Of a stretch of DNA of 64,000 nucleotides, positions 19,987 to 30,609 are shown piece by piece. Source of the DNA: a bacterium (GTDB lineage: Bacteria; Patescibacteriota; Minisyncoccia; Moranbacterales; GWC2-37-73); contig QKEW01000001.1 in NCBI GenBank assembly GCA_003251635.1, positions 15,588-79,587 on the forward strand. Reading direction: 5' to 3'. The notes beneath the pieces were generated by a model. The model was not told where the DNA came from. It searched no databases and saw only the letters and a program-made list of their open reading frames with translations. A program made the translations under genes and the position numbers. The stretch's first letter is position 1, and each line of letters starts with the position of its first letter.

Positions 19987-20360
19987 TCATAGAAGAAATA
20001 AAGAGTTTCAAAAGAAGTTTGACCAATGCTTTCAGGGGTTTGAGTTATGCGCTTAAGCGAGAACGCAATTTCCAAATCGAATTGGTGATCGGATTTTTGG
20101 TTTTGGTTTTAATTTTAGTGTTTAAGGTGAAAAATTGGGAAGCGGTGGTTTTGATTTTGATGGTGGCTGGAGTTTTGGTGATGGAATTGGCTAATACTGT
20201 AATGGAAAGAATTGTGGATATTTTGAAACCAAAAATTCATCCTTATGCTCGAGTAATCAAAGATATCACAGCTGCGGCAGTTTTAATCTGCTCTTTTGTG
20301 GCGCTGTTTGTTGGAGTGATAATTTTTTATCCGTATATTCGCGATCTGTTGAATTTTTAA
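19983..20360 (+). CDS. dgkA: Diacylglycerol/undecaprenol kinase family
   Basis: AFRGL, ERNF, ELANT.MERIVD and KD.TAAAVL; ybeY-dgkA synteny. Confidence 0.88.
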   Translation: MIIEEIKSFKRSLTNAFRGLSYALKRERNFQIELVIGFLVLVLILVFKVKNWEAVVLILMVAGVLVMELANTVMERIVDILKPKIHPYARVIKDITAAAVLICSFVALFVGVIIFYPYIRDLLNF

Positions 20361-20475
20361 GCGCTTGTTTTGGTAAAAGGTGGGTTTATTGTATAATTGA
20401 AAAAATTGGGTATAAAGACAAAAATAAAAAATAAATGTTAATTTTAATGGGCGTATAGTCGCTCAGTTTCGGTTT

Positions 20476-21732
20476 ATGGCGAAAAATAATATAATCACCG
20501 GAATTGATATAGGATCTTCAAATATTCGAACTTTAGTTGCGCATCAGATTCGGGGTGAAGAAAATTTACGAATCGTTGGAGTTGGAGTGGTTACTTCAGC
20601 CGGAATTCGGCGCGGAATAATTGTGGACATCGAGGAAGCGATTAAGGCCATCAATGAATCAGTTGAGCTGGCTGAAAGAATGGCTGGCAGTGCGGTTAAT
20701 CGAGCTTTCGTCAGTATTGGTGGGAATGAAATATCTTTGGAAAATTCCAAGGGAGTGGTTGCGGTTGGTCGGGCGGATGGCGAAGTTGAAGAAAATGACA
20801 TCAATCGAGTTATCGCAGAGGCGCAGGCAATTGCTTTGCCAATGAATAAGGATATCTTGCATATAATTCCTAAAAAATATCGTTTGGATGATCAGGATAA
20901 TATCAAAAATCCCTTAGGAATGCGTGGAGTTCGCTTGGAAGTCGAGGCTTTGGTAGTTGAAAGCAGTGCTTCTCATATGAAGAATTTGACCAAGGCTTTT
21001 TATCAGGCTGGAATTGAAATTGAAGATATTGCCTTGGAACCTTTGGCCAGTGCCAAATCGGTTTTAACCAAAAAGCAAAAAGAGCTGGGAGTTGTTTTGA
21101 TAAATATTGGCGGCGGCACCACTTCTTTGGCGGTTTTTGAAGAAGGTGAAATTTTGCATACGGCCATTTTGCCAATTGGGGCGGGGCACATTACCAATGA
21201 CGTGGCTATCGGACTAAGAACCTCAATTGAGGTGGCGGAAAAAGTTAAACTGGAATATGGTAGCGCCCTTTGTCGTGACATCAATCGTAAAGAAGAAATC
21301 GATCTTTCCCAGTTTGATTCTCAAGAATATGGCTATGTTTCTCGGCATCATGTGGCGGAGATAATTGAAGCGCGTCTGCGGGAAATTTTGGAAATGGCTC
21401 AGAGTGAACTTCAGAAAATTGGAAAAGCCGGGCTATTGCCGGCCGGTGGAGTTTTGGCTGGAGGCGGAGCCAAGCTGCCTTTTGTTAGTGAGTTAGCTAA
21501 GGATGTTTTGGGTTTGCCGATCCAGGTTGGTTTTCCTCAGGGTTTTTCTGGAGTTTTGGATAAGGTTGATGACCCGGCTTTTGCTACAGCTGCTGGACTG
21601 TTACTTTGGTCTCAAGATCATCAAGGGGGTTCGTCGATATCTGGCAATGATGCTATTTTTGCTCCCATCATTCGAACTACCGGTTCGGCGGTGGGCAAGG
21701 TTCGCAAGTGGGTAGGCAAGTTTTTGCCTTAA
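20476..21732 (+). CDS. ftsA: Cell division protein FtsA
   Basis: GIDIGSSNI, NPLGMRG.RLE, NIGGGTT and G.HITND. Confidence 0.96.
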   Translation: MAKNNIITGIDIGSSNIRTLVAHQIRGEENLRIVGVGVVTSAGIRRGIIVDIEEAIKAINESVELAERMAGSAVNRAFVSIGGNEISLENSKGVVAVGRADGEVEENDINRVIAEAQAIALPMNKDILHIIPKKYRLDDQDNIKNPLGMRGVRLEVEALVVESSASHMKNLTKAFYQAGIEIEDIALEPLASAKSVLTKKQKELGVVLINIGGGTTSLAVFEEGEILHTAILPIGAGHITNDVAIGLRTSIEVAEKVKLEYGSALCRDINRKEEIDLSQFDSQEYGYVSRHHVAEIIEARLREILEMAQSELQKIGKAGLLPAGGVLAGGGAKLPFVSELAKDVLGLPIQVGFPQGFSGVLDKVDDPAFATAAGLLLWSQDHQGGSSISGNDAIFAPIIRTTGSAVGKVRKWVGKFLP

Positions 21733-21758
21733 AAGCCAAGTAAAATTAAAAACTTTTC

Positions 21759-21788
21759 TTGACACGAGATTCTCGGGTATGTTAAATT
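21759..21788 (+). promoter_or_regulatory. Internal ftsZ promoter with a small palindrome in the spacer
   Basis: TTGACA-CGAGATTCTCG-GGTATG-TTAAATT. Confidence 0.5.
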
Positions 21789-21897
21789 TAGGTACTGAGG
21801 GTGTTTGAGGTGTTTTAAATGGATTAAATTATTCAGATAAATCGTTAAGTTGGTCGTTTATTTTGAATTAAGATTTTCAAGCTGATTGTACAAAAAT

Positions 21898-23187
21898 ATG
21901 GCAGAAGTAAAATTGGACATCGAAACATTTGCAAGAATAAAAGTAGTCGGAGTTGGAGGCTCGGGCAATAATGCAATCAGTCGAATGATTGATTCAAAAA
22001 TCAAAGGAGTTGAGTTTGTTACCATCAACACTGACGCTCAAGCTCTTCATCATTCCAAAGCACCGGAAAAAGTGCATATTGGAAAAAACTTGACCAAAGG
22101 ATTGGGAGCTGGCATGAATCCGGAGATTGGTCGCCAAGCTGCTGAAGAAAATCGGGATGAAATTCAAGAAGTTTTGAAGGGGGCTGACATGGTTTTTGTG
22201 ACGTGCGGACTTGGAGGCGGAACTGGAAGCGGAGCTGCGCCAGTGGTAGCTGAGACTGCTAAGGAATTGGGCGCTTTGACGGTGGCCGTGGTAACTAAGC
22301 CTTTTGCTTTCGAGGGCGCGCAAAGAAGACAAATCGGAGAAGAAGCTTTGCAAAATCTGAAGGATCGAGTGGATACCTTGATCACTATTCCGAATGACAA
22401 ATTACTTTCCATTATTGATCGCAAAACCACTTTGATAAACGCTTTCAAGATTGTGGATGATGTTTTGCGCCAAGGTGTTCAAGGAATTTCCGATTTGATC
22501 ACTAAGCCGGGAATCGTTAATGTGGACTTTGCGGATGTGCGAGCCATTATGCATGACAGCGGTTCGGCTTTGATGGGAATCGGAGTAGCCAGTGGCGATG
22601 ATCGAGCAGCGGAAGCAGCTAAAGCTGCTATCAACAGTCCACTTTTGGAACTGTCAGTGGATGGTGCCAAGGGAGTCTTGTTTAATATTTCCGGATCCAG
22701 TGATTTGACGATGTTGGAAATCAACGAAGCGGCTAATATTATCACGGAAAGCATTGATCCGAATGCTAAAGTTATTTTTGGAGCGGTGGTGGATGATCAA
22801 GTTAAGAAAGGTGAAATTCATATTACCGTGGTGGCAACCGGGTTCGACGCTGATCGGGAAACATCGAATCCTTTGATTTCGCGGCCGCCGGTCAATAAAC
22901 CGCAGTCGATTAAACCAAAAATAGAAGCAGAGGAAGAGAGGATCAGGGAGGATGATTTTTATGAAGAACCGAAACCGGAGCCGAAAAGAGAAAAATCTTT
23001 GGCGGATGAAATCAGGGAAAAGGTTGTTTTTCCGACTCGTAAAGTTGAGACCAAAATGATCATTGAAGAAAAGATTCAGCCCAAGCCTTTTGTGCCGGAA
23101 CGCAAAGAAATCGAAAAGGAGCAAACAAATGATGACGATGATGAATTGGAAATCCCGGCCTTTATCAGGAGGAAGATGGAGAAATAA
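21898..23187 (+). CDS. ftsZ: Cell division protein FtsZ
   Basis: [29 protein letters not shown] and C-terminal LEIPAFIR. Confidence 0.98.
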   Translation: MAEVKLDIETFARIKVVGVGGSGNNAISRMIDSKIKGVEFVTINTDAQALHHSKAPEKVHIGKNLTKGLGAGMNPEIGRQAAEENRDEIQEVLKGADMVFVTCGLGGGTGSGAAPVVAETAKELGALTVAVVTKPFAFEGAQRRQIGEEALQNLKDRVDTLITIPNDKLLSIIDRKTTLINAFKIVDDVLRQGVQGISDLITKPGIVNVDFADVRAIMHDSGSALMGIGVASGDDRAAEAAKAAINSPLLELSVDGAKGVLFNISGSSDLTMLEINEAANIITESIDPNAKVIFGAVVDDQVKKGEIHITVVATGFDADRETSNPLISRPPVNKPQSIKPKIEAEEERIREDDFYEEPKPEPKREKSLADEIREKVVFPTRKVETKMIIEEKIQPKPFVPERKEIEKEQTNDDDDELEIPAFIRRKMEK

Positions 23188-23195
23188 AATTTACT

Positions 23196-23238
23196 TTCGA
23201 TATTTTGAAAAACCAGCCTTGAGAGGGGCTGGTTTTTT
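23196..23238 (+). repeat. ftsZ terminator; copy 1 of a 43-bp direct repeat
   Basis: TTCGATATTTTGAAAAACCAGCCTTGAGAGGGGCTGGTTTTTT. Confidence 0.9.
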
Positions 23239-23294
23239 GGTGGACGTAAAATATGTTATTATGTTTATATAGTAAAAAATAATAAATAAAAAAA

Positions 23295-23828
23295 ATGAGC
23301 GAAAATGAAAATCGGGGAGTTGAAAAATTATTATTAGTAATCTTGTTTTTTATTACTATCACTCAATTTTCTACCTGGGGTTATCAGTCGGTCAAATATA
23401 TTTTGGGTAGGATTTTTGATGTTGAAGTTCTTAGTACCCCGGTGGATACGGTTATTGGTTTGGTGGCTATGATTGCTAGTATCGTCGTTTTTGCAGCATC
23501 GGCTATGTGGTGGAAAAATAACACTAAGGCCAAGGAAATCTTTTTTGTGGGAGCCTTTTTATTTGTCTTAAAGAATGTTTTGGATATTATAAATCAAGTT
23601 GTTTTATTTGGTCTTAAATATGAGGGCGTGACCAAAACAGTTTCCGGAATTGAAGGTTTGGCAATCAGCATTGGGAATGAATTTTTTCAGTTGGCTTTTT
23701 GGATTTTTATTGCTTTTTATTTTCGTTATAAAATTTCCATATTTTCCAGGGTTGATAAAATTTCTTTATCCGAAGAACCAGTAGAGGAACTTGGCAAGCA
23801 AGTTTTTACAGGGGAGAACTTAAAATAA
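23295..23828 (+). CDS. Hypothetical integral membrane protein (~4 TM)
   Basis: 177-aa ORF with four hydrophobic segments; no motif recognised. Confidence 0.75.
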   Translation: MSENENRGVEKLLLVILFFITITQFSTWGYQSVKYILGRIFDVEVLSTPVDTVIGLVAMIASIVVFAASAMWWKNNTKAKEIFFVGAFLFVLKNVLDIINQVVLFGLKYEGVTKTVSGIEGLAISIGNEFFQLAFWIFIAFYFRYKISIFSRVDKISLSEEPVEELGKQVFTGENLK

Positions 23829-23839
23829 AAATTAAATAA

Positions 23840-25639
23840 ATGGAAAATAATAGTTTTAACACAGAAAACAAAAACAATTTTGAAAATGATTTAGCAATTC
23901 AGTCTAAAAATATTTCGGCTAAAAAAAATTCAAATAAAAAATTGATCTTTTGGATAATTTTTATTTTGCTTGTTTTTGTTGGTTTGGTTTCGGTTTATTT
24001 GGTTTACAGTTTGAAAAAAGTTGAGTTTAAAAATCCAAGCCCTGATCCGGTTCTGAGTCTGGATGGTAACATAAGTTTCAATTCAAAAAGTACAAAATTA
24101 CTCGATCTGAGTGGATATGAGCAAAGTGGGGCGGGAAATTCTTTGCCGATTTTCAGTCAATATGGCAATTGGGTTTTAGTTCCGAAAGTGAATGGTGAAA
24201 AGGGCGCTGGCGTGATGGTTTTGGGAATGAAAAATGGGATTGTACGGGAGTTTGAAACTCCCTATGTTGCAGTTTCGCCAAATTTCAAAGAATTGGCTTA
24301 TGCAGCTATTGTTGGTAATGAAATAAAGATAGTAATGGAGTCAATCGAAAGTGGCCAAGAAGAATGGGAAAGCTCAATTTTTGATGGAATTTTAAGTTTG
24401 TATTTTGGCACTGAAACAAATTTGCTTAATATTATCGGGATTCAAAACAATAAGACTGTTTGGTATGAAAATGGCGTTAAAAAAGCAGAGCTTGACCCGA
24501 TTAAATATTTGACATCAGGTGTGGTTAAAATGTCGGAAGATAAAACTAAAGTGGCTCTGGTTGGATCAAAAGGTAGTGATGCCATACTGATTATCAATGG
24601 AGAAGAAAAAGTTTTTAAGGGCGCTAGGTTGATAAATTTAATAGGTTTTTCGGCTGATAATAAGCTTGCTTATTTAGTTAAGTACTCCGATGTTGAAAAC
24701 GTTGCTTACGTTGATAATGTTGAAGTTGCTCGTAATATTTCAGGGGAAGGAATCATGAGCGGTAGTGTTGGGTTAACTTTTGATAATGGCATGCTAGCTA
24801 AACAGAGTTACGACGGCCAGCAAGAGTATATGCAAGTATTCAATGAAAGCCCAAGGGTTTTTAGAAAATCTTACTATAGAACATTTTTCCCATCTTTTAG
24901 CTTGGATGGCAAAAGATTGGCTTATGTTGTTGACACAATGGATTATTTCCAGTCCGGATCTAAGAGTTTTGTTGTAGTGGATGAGAAAGAGCAGAAACAA
25001 TATGACAGTGTTAGTAATGTGGTTTGGGGTGGAAACGATACGTATGCCTATGTGGCTCAGGAAATTTTCCGGGACAGTGAAGATGTGGTGGAAGATAAAT
25101 TTGTGGTTATTGATGGAATTGAACAGTATAAATTTGGTGGAAAATCGATTGATGTTCCCAATATTGAATCCTATCAATTAGCGGTCAATCCAGTAAACGG
25201 AAAAGTTGGTTATGTGGTTTGCCATGCTGACGTAAAAAACGAAAAAGATCCGAATGTGTCGGAAGGAGTGCTTAATCTGGGAACTGTCACGGAAATAATG
25301 CACCATTGTTTTGTGATTTATGATGGTAAAGCCCAACCGGAATTTGGTTTGATTTCAGAAAAATTGCAATTTACGCCGGATGGGGAACATATTCTCTACC
25401 TGGCTGGGGAAAAAGGGGATAATTTTGGAAAGAACGGACCAACGAAATTGGTTATGGATGGGAAAGTTGTGAATATTGAAGGCATGATATCTGGGAATAT
25501 ATATTTTAATTCAGAGGGCAATAGAATAGGATTATATGTTTTTAAAAATGACAACACTGTTTGGTGGGAAACTTACGGTATTGATGAGGTATTAAAAAAT
25601 GCAAAAATTTTGGAGAATAAAAACATTGAGAATATGTGA
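23840..25639 (+). CDS. Membrane-anchored extracellular protein, probable TolB/WD40-like beta-propeller
   Basis: One N-terminal TM, then repeated SP..K.LAY / FSLDGKRLAY / FTPDGEH blades and VV.DG.E motifs. Confidence 0.7.
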   Translation: MENNSFNTENKNNFENDLAIQSKNISAKKNSNKKLIFWIIFILLVFVGLVSVYLVYSLKKVEFKNPSPDPVLSLDGNISFNSKSTKLLDLSGYEQSGAGNSLPIFSQYGNWVLVPKVNGEKGAGVMVLGMKNGIVREFETPYVAVSPNFKELAYAAIVGNEIKIVMESIESGQEEWESSIFDGILSLYFGTETNLLNIIGIQNNKTVWYENGVKKAELDPIKYLTSGVVKMSEDKTKVALVGSKGSDAILIINGEEKVFKGARLINLIGFSADNKLAYLVKYSDVENVAYVDNVEVARNISGEGIMSGSVGLTFDNGMLAKQSYDGQQEYMQVFNESPRVFRKSYYRTFFPSFSLDGKRLAYVVDTMDYFQSGSKSFVVVDEKEQKQYDSVSNVVWGGNDTYAYVAQEIFRDSEDVVEDKFVVIDGIEQYKFGGKSIDVPNIESYQLAVNPVNGKVGYVVCHADVKNEKDPNVSEGVLNLGTVTEIMHHCFVIYDGKAQPEFGLISEKLQFTPDGEHILYLAGEKGDNFGKNGPTKLVMDGKVVNIEGMISGNIYFNSEGNRIGLYVFKNDNTVWWETYGIDEVLKNAKILENKNIENM

Positions 25640-25677
25640 CTTAATGAAAATGCGGAAATATTCTAATTAAAATAAAA

Positions 25678-25720
25678 TTCGATATTTTGAAAAACCAGCC
25701 TTGAGAGAGGTTGGTTTTTT
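25678..25720 (+). repeat. Terminator; copy 2 of the 43-bp direct repeat
   Basis: TTCGATATTTTGAAAAACCAGCCTTGAGAGAGGTTGGTTTTTT, with 2 mismatches to copy 1. Confidence 0.9.
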
Positions 25721-25766
25721 ATATCGCATGTAAGTAAATATTTGGTTATTGAATTTTTTTGGTAGC

Positions 25767-25806
25767 AAAAACGGTCACTCAGATCGTATTATTTCTGAGT
25801 GACCGT
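25767..25806 (-). terminator. Intrinsic terminator
   Basis: Perfect 13-bp stem ACGGTCACTCAGA/TCTGAGTGACCGT followed by a U-tract on the minus strand. Confidence 0.75.
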
Positions 25807-25818
25807 AGGGCAGGGATT

Positions 25819-26214
25819 TTATGGCAGTTTCTCACTTATTGTTTTAACCGAATATGTTTTGTTTTTCTTGTAGACTGTTAGCCTATTTATAGTATAGCCA
25901 GCACTTACAAGGGTTTTGATAGCACTAAACATGTCTTTGGCTACAAGAACTATATCCTCTGTACGAAGGGAAGCTCGGTTTTGTTGGCTTTCGATCGATA
26001 AGTCATCTTGCTCCAGTATGAACGTTTTTTCTTCTGGTTTGAAATTTCGTATTTCCTGGAGCGTAAAGGTCGAACCGTGAACTCTTAAAGAGAAAATAGG
26101 GCCAATTTGGAACTCTTTTTCTACTAGAATACGTATGGCATCTAGTTCGTCAGTGGCTTCTAAAAAACTCTCACTTGCACATGGATCATCAATTGGTTTT
26201 ATAAGGAAAAACAT
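25819..26214 (-). CDS. Hypothetical protein with two internally similar halves
   Basis: GAGG Shine-Dalgarno before ATG 26214 and its own terminator. Confidence 0.65.
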   Translation of the reverse strand: MFFLIKPIDDPCASESFLEATDELDAIRILVEKEFQIGPIFSLRVHGSTFTLQEIRNFKPEEKTFILEQDDLSIESQQNRASLRTEDIVLVAKDMFSAIKTLVSAGYTINRLTVYKKNKTYSVKTISEKLP

Positions 26215-26506
26215 AGTATACCTCTCGCTTGTAGATTTCCAGTTAATTCTGGATCCTAAATAATTACACGTGTTAAAAAATATGTCAAACACTAAGATTA
26301 GTTCCGATTCATCTTTAAAGTGGTTTTATTGTATGTTTAGCTATTGTTACTTAATAGAATTTTATTGACTTTTGAAAGTTTTTATTGTGGTCTTTACTAT
26401 TGTTGTTTAACAATTTATTGGTTTTTTCTCGGGTATTTCGGTGTCCACTAAACTTATTTTTTAAAGAAAAAGGAGACTGAGGATAGAAATTTATAAAATT
26501 GTTTAT

Positions 26507-27172
26507 GTGCCGACGGCCGGGGCCTTGAAGGAATTGTATTACTACAGCTTGAGGCTTTGGTTTTTCCTGACCTGGCCGATTTTCAAGAGGTTGTGTAATT
26601 ACTTGGGAGCTCGTTCGGAATATTTAGAGGAACTAAAAATTGAGACCGTGGCGCGATTGGAAAAAGCACTATGGGTCCGGAATAATCTTGGACCGGAATT
26701 TTTTTATCTTTCTGGCGGAAAGTTCAGGAGAAATCCTACAGTTGTGGACATGATGAAGGGATGGCTGGTTTTGAACGGTCAGATTTCGGAAAAAAATATT
26801 TTGATGGATACCAACTCCGTTCAAACTTGCGAAGGGATCGAAAAATTCGTCAAATATTTGTTCGGATTGCATAATGATTTTATTTCGGTTTATTTGACGA
26901 CGAGCTGGTATCATCTGCCGCGTTGTCGGTATGAATTAAAAAAATCAATTGAAAAATTTAGAAGGGAGTCGGAAATAGACTTATCATTTGGCAACCCAAA
27001 GTTTATAGAAATAATCGCGGTTTCAGTTAAACCGCCCTGGACTTTAGAGTGCTTAAAGTATGAATATCTGTACAATTTGTTGGTCGAGCCAATAAATTTG
27101 ATCATTATGCGTTTTCCCAAGCTTAAAAAATGGCTGGGGAAAAGGGAGCGAAAAAATCGGGGAGTTGAATAA
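26507..27172 (+). CDS. YdcF/DUF218-like protein
   Basis: RLEKA, LSGG, M..WL...G, NSVQT and LTTSWYHLPR pattern. Confidence 0.65.
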   Translation: MPTAGALKELYYYSLRLWFFLTWPIFKRLCNYLGARSEYLEELKIETVARLEKALWVRNNLGPEFFYLSGGKFRRNPTVVDMMKGWLVLNGQISEKNILMDTNSVQTCEGIEKFVKYLFGLHNDFISVYLTTSWYHLPRCRYELKKSIEKFRRESEIDLSFGNPKFIEIIAVSVKPPWTLECLKYEYLYNLLVEPINLIIMRFPKLKKWLGKRERKNRGVE

Positions 27173-27229
27173 AAACCGAATCTTATTTCTTGAACTCACG
27201 GTAAACTCATTACATGAGAGGATTGAAAA

Positions 27230-27535
27230 ATGAATGTGGCTTTGAAGTTCGAAGGCTCATATGTGGAAAAATTAAAAGGGTCTTGGTATTATCCTATGAA
27301 TCAAGAAGACGCCGCTTTGCTTCCAGGGACTTTAATTGATCTATATATTAAAGGGGGTGAGGAGAAGCTTATAACTTTTGAGATATTCCGGAGTCGTCGC
27401 TTGCCTCAAAAAAATTTATTCCTTTTGGAAGTGATTTTTAAGTTTTGCGCTGCATCTATTGAAGAGTTTTCTTCATACATTCAAAAAGACTGGGTGTGTG
27501 GTGATAAAATTGAAGAATGGGCGAAAACGCCCTGA
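27230..27535 (+). CDS. Hypothetical protein
   Basis: GAGGA Shine-Dalgarno, 101-aa ORF and a downstream terminator. Confidence 0.6.
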   Translation: MNVALKFEGSYVEKLKGSWYYPMNQEDAALLPGTLIDLYIKGGEEKLITFEIFRSRRLPQKNLFLLEVIFKFCAASIEEFSSYIQKDWVCGDKIEEWAKTP

Positions 27536-27553
27536 TGTTTTTTGAAAAACTGG

Positions 27554-27590
27554 CGGCTTGTCTCTGAAAAGAGGCAAGCCGTTTTTTCTT
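27554..27590 (+). terminator. Intrinsic terminator
   Basis: CGGCTTGTCTCT-GAAA-AGAGGCAAGCCG-TTTTTT. Confidence 0.8.
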
Positions 27591-27674
27591 TTGTGATGGC
27601 TGCATTGATTTTTTGGCAAATTTGTACTAAGATGGTAAGAATCTGGAAATGGGAAATTATTTTTTAGGAAAAAT

Positions 27675-30608
27675 TTGGTGAAAAATCAAACCGATAAAAT
27701 TGAAAATGTGGATGGATTTGCGCGGCAAATTGTGATCAAAGGTGCGCGCGAACACAATCTGAAAAACATCGACCTGGTCTTGCCACGAGGTAAGTTCATC
27801 GTGTTTACCGGAATTTCCGGCTCGGGCAAATCAACCTTGGCTTTTGATACCATCTTTGCCGAGGGCCAGCGGCGTTATTTGGAAAGTTTGTCTTCCTATG
27901 CCAGACAGTTTTTGGGACAGATGGATAAACCCGACGTGGATTATATTGAAGGACTTTCGCCGACCATTTCAATTGATCAAAAATCTACTTCACACAATCC
28001 CCGTTCAACGGTTGGAACAGTAACCGAAATCCATGACTATCTGCGCTTGCTGTTTGCCAAAATCGGACGGCCGCATTGTCCGGTTTGCGGTCGGGAGATT
28101 ACTCAGCTTTCGGTTGATGAAATTGTGGATCGGATTTTTGATTTGCCAAACTCTTTAGGCGGAAAAAATAAGAAAATAAAAATTTCTCAAATCGAAATTC
28201 TTTCACCGATCGTGCGATCACGCAAAGGTGAATATTTGGCACTTTTAGACGACATGTTTCGGCGTGGATTTTCACGGGCGATTGTGGATGGCAAAAGAAT
28301 TCAATTGGAAAATCATCAAGATTTGAAATTGGAGAAAAATAAAAAGCACAATATTGATGTGGTGGTGGATCGTTTGGATTTGAATGAAGATAATATTTCA
28401 CGAATTTTTGAAGGAGTGGAAAAAGCTCTGAGACTTTCCGAAGGGTTGGTTAAAATTTTCTGTTGGGAAAAATCTTCCCAAAAAGAAGAAAAAAATTGTG
28501 GCGAACAGATTTACAATCAAAAACTGTCTTGTCCGCTTCATGACATTGAGTTTCCGGAATTGGAACCGCGACTTTTTTCTTTCAATTCGCCGTTCGGCGC
28601 TTGTGAAAGCTGTGAGGGATTGGGAGCTAAAAAAGAAATCGATCCGGCTCGTTTGATTCCGGACAAAAATAAAACGATTGCGGAGGGTGGAATCATGCCT
28701 TGGAGCTACAAGCGAAACAACTATCAAGGAACTTTGCTTAGCGCGGTTTGCGCCCATTTTCGGATTCCCGACAATAAAAGAATTCGGGATCTAAAAAAAG
28801 AACAATTGGACATTTTGCTTTTTGGCGCTGAGGAAGAAGAATTGATTCGGATCAAATATCATTTCCGCAGCGGTAATCATGTCTATCAAATTCATTGGAA
28901 GGGTGTGATCAATTGGTTGGAAGAAAGATATCGCAGCACTTCCTCGGAGGCGGTTCGCGCCGATATTGAAAAATATATGTCGCAAAAACCTTGTTCGACT
29001 TGCCAAGGTTCGCGCTATAAAAAAGAGGCTTTACTGGTGACGGTCGGTGAAAAAAATATTTTTGAAGTTTCAACTTTGAGCATTCGAAATTGTCAGGATT
29101 TTTTTGCCAAGCTCAAACTTAGTCAGCGCGAAGAAATGATTGCCGGTCGCATCTTGAAAGAAATCATCACCCGCTTGGAATTTCTCAACAATGTCGGTTT
29201 GGATTATTTAACTTTGCATCGAGCGGCCTATTCGCTCTCTGGTGGTGAATCGCAACGAATTCGTTTGGCTTCGCAAATCGGCTCGCAATTAGTGGGCGTG
29301 CTCTATATTTTGGATGAGCCGTCAATTGGACTTCACGCTCGAGATAACACCAAATTGATTGAAACTTTGCGGCATTTGCAAAAAATCGGCAACACCTTGA
29401 TTGTGATTGAACATGATGAAGAAACTATGCGCAGCGCTGATTGGCTGGTGGATATTGGTCCAGGAGCAGGCAAGCATGGGGGTGAGGTTATATCCCAAGG
29501 TACGCCTGAGCAGGTGATTGCTGATCCGAAATCTTTGACCGGTCAATATTTGCGCGGTGAAAAAACAATTGAAATCCCGCGTTTGCGCCGCACTGTCAAT
29601 CGCAAGAAAAATATCATTGTTAAAAATGCCAGTGAAAATAATTTAAAAAACATTACGGTCGAGTTTCCACTTAAAGTTTTCACTTGCGTGACTGGAGTTT
29701 CTGGTAGTGGCAAATCAACCTTGGTTGAAGACACTCTCTATAAAGCTTTGGCGCACAAATTGCACCGGGCTTTGGACGTGCCGGGAAAACACCAGGAAAT
29801 TTTGGGAATAGAAAATATCAACAAAGTCATCATGATTGACCAGTCGCCGATTGGGCGAACTCCTCGATCTAACCCGGCTACTTATACTGGACTTTTCACG
29901 CATATCCGAGAACTGTTTGCTCAAGCCAAAGATGCGCGACTCCGGGGCTACGGTCCGGGAAGATTTTCTTTTAATGTTAATGGCGGACGCTGTGATAATT
30001 GTCAGGGGGAGGGATTTTTGAAAATCGAAATGCAGTTTATGCCGGATGTCTATTTGCCGTGCGATGTTTGTCAGGGTCAGCGTTACAATCGTGAGACTTT
30101 GCAGGTCAGATATAAAAATAAAACCATTGCGGATGTTTTGGCGATGACAGTTTCGGAGGCTCGAGAATTTTTTGCCAATTTCCCCAAAATTCACGATCCG
30201 CTGGCAGTCTTGGAAGACGTCGGCTTGGGCTATATTGAATTGGGTCAAAGCGCGACCACGCTTTCCGGTGGTGAAGCTCAGCGCATCAAATTGGCCAGTG
30301 AGCTTTCGCGTCGAGCTACCGGTGACACTTTCTATATTTTGGATGAACCGACAACCGGTCTTCATTTTGAAGACATTCAAAAATTATTGGTTGTTTTGAA
30401 TCGTTTGGTGGATGCCGGTAACACGGTGGTAGTGATTGAACATAATTTGGATGTGATTAAGACGGCGGATTGGCTCATTGATTTGGGACCGGAAGGCGGC
30501 GAAGGTGGCGGTCGGGTGATTGTGACCGGCTGCCCGGAAGAAGTGGCTAAATACGAAAAGGAAAGTCACACAGCCAAATATTTGAAGCAAGTTTTGAGGA
30601 GAAAATAA
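27675..30608 (+). CDS. uvrA: Excinuclease ABC subunit A (copy 1)
   Basis: GAREHNLKN, GISGSGKS, LSGGESQRIRLA, GVSGSGKS, QSPIGRTPRSNPATY and Zn fingers. Confidence 0.97.
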   Translation: MVKNQTDKIENVDGFARQIVIKGAREHNLKNIDLVLPRGKFIVFTGISGSGKSTLAFDTIFAEGQRRYLESLSSYARQFLGQMDKPDVDYIEGLSPTISIDQKSTSHNPRSTVGTVTEIHDYLRLLFAKIGRPHCPVCGREITQLSVDEIVDRIFDLPNSLGGKNKKIKISQIEILSPIVRSRKGEYLALLDDMFRRGFSRAIVDGKRIQLENHQDLKLEKNKKHNIDVVVDRLDLNEDNISRIFEGVEKALRLSEGLVKIFCWEKSSQKEEKNCGEQIYNQKLSCPLHDIEFPELEPRLFSFNSPFGACESCEGLGAKKEIDPARLIPDKNKTIAEGGIMPWSYKRNNYQGTLLSAVCAHFRIPDNKRIRDLKKEQLDILLFGAEEEELIRIKYHFRSGNHVYQIHWKGVINWLEERYRSTSSEAVRADIEKYMSQKPCSTCQGSRYKKEALLVTVGEKNIFEVSTLSIRNCQDFFAKLKLSQREEMIAGRILKEIITRLEFLNNVGLDYLTLHRAAYSLSGGESQRIRLASQIGSQLVGVLYILDEPSIGLHARDNTKLIETLRHLQKIGNTLIVIEHDEETMRSADWLVDIGPGAGKHGGEVISQGTPEQVIADPKSLTGQYLRGEKTIEIPRLRRTVNRKKNIIVKNASENNLKNITVEFPLKVFTCVTGVSGSGKSTLVEDTLYKALAHKLHRALDVPGKHQEILGIENINKVIMIDQSPIGRTPRSNPATYTGLFTHIRELFAQAKDARLRGYGPGRFSFNVNGGRCDNCQGEGFLKIEMQFMPDVYLPCDVCQGQRYNRETLQVRYKNKTIADVLAMTVSEAREFFANFPKIHDPLAVLEDVGLGYIELGQSATTLSGGEAQRIKLASELSRRATGDTFYILDEPTTGLHFEDIQKLLVVLNRLVDAGNTVVVIEHNLDVIKTADWLIDLGPEGGEGGGRVIVTGCPEEVAKYEKESHTAKYLKQVLRRK

Positions 30609-30609
30609 A

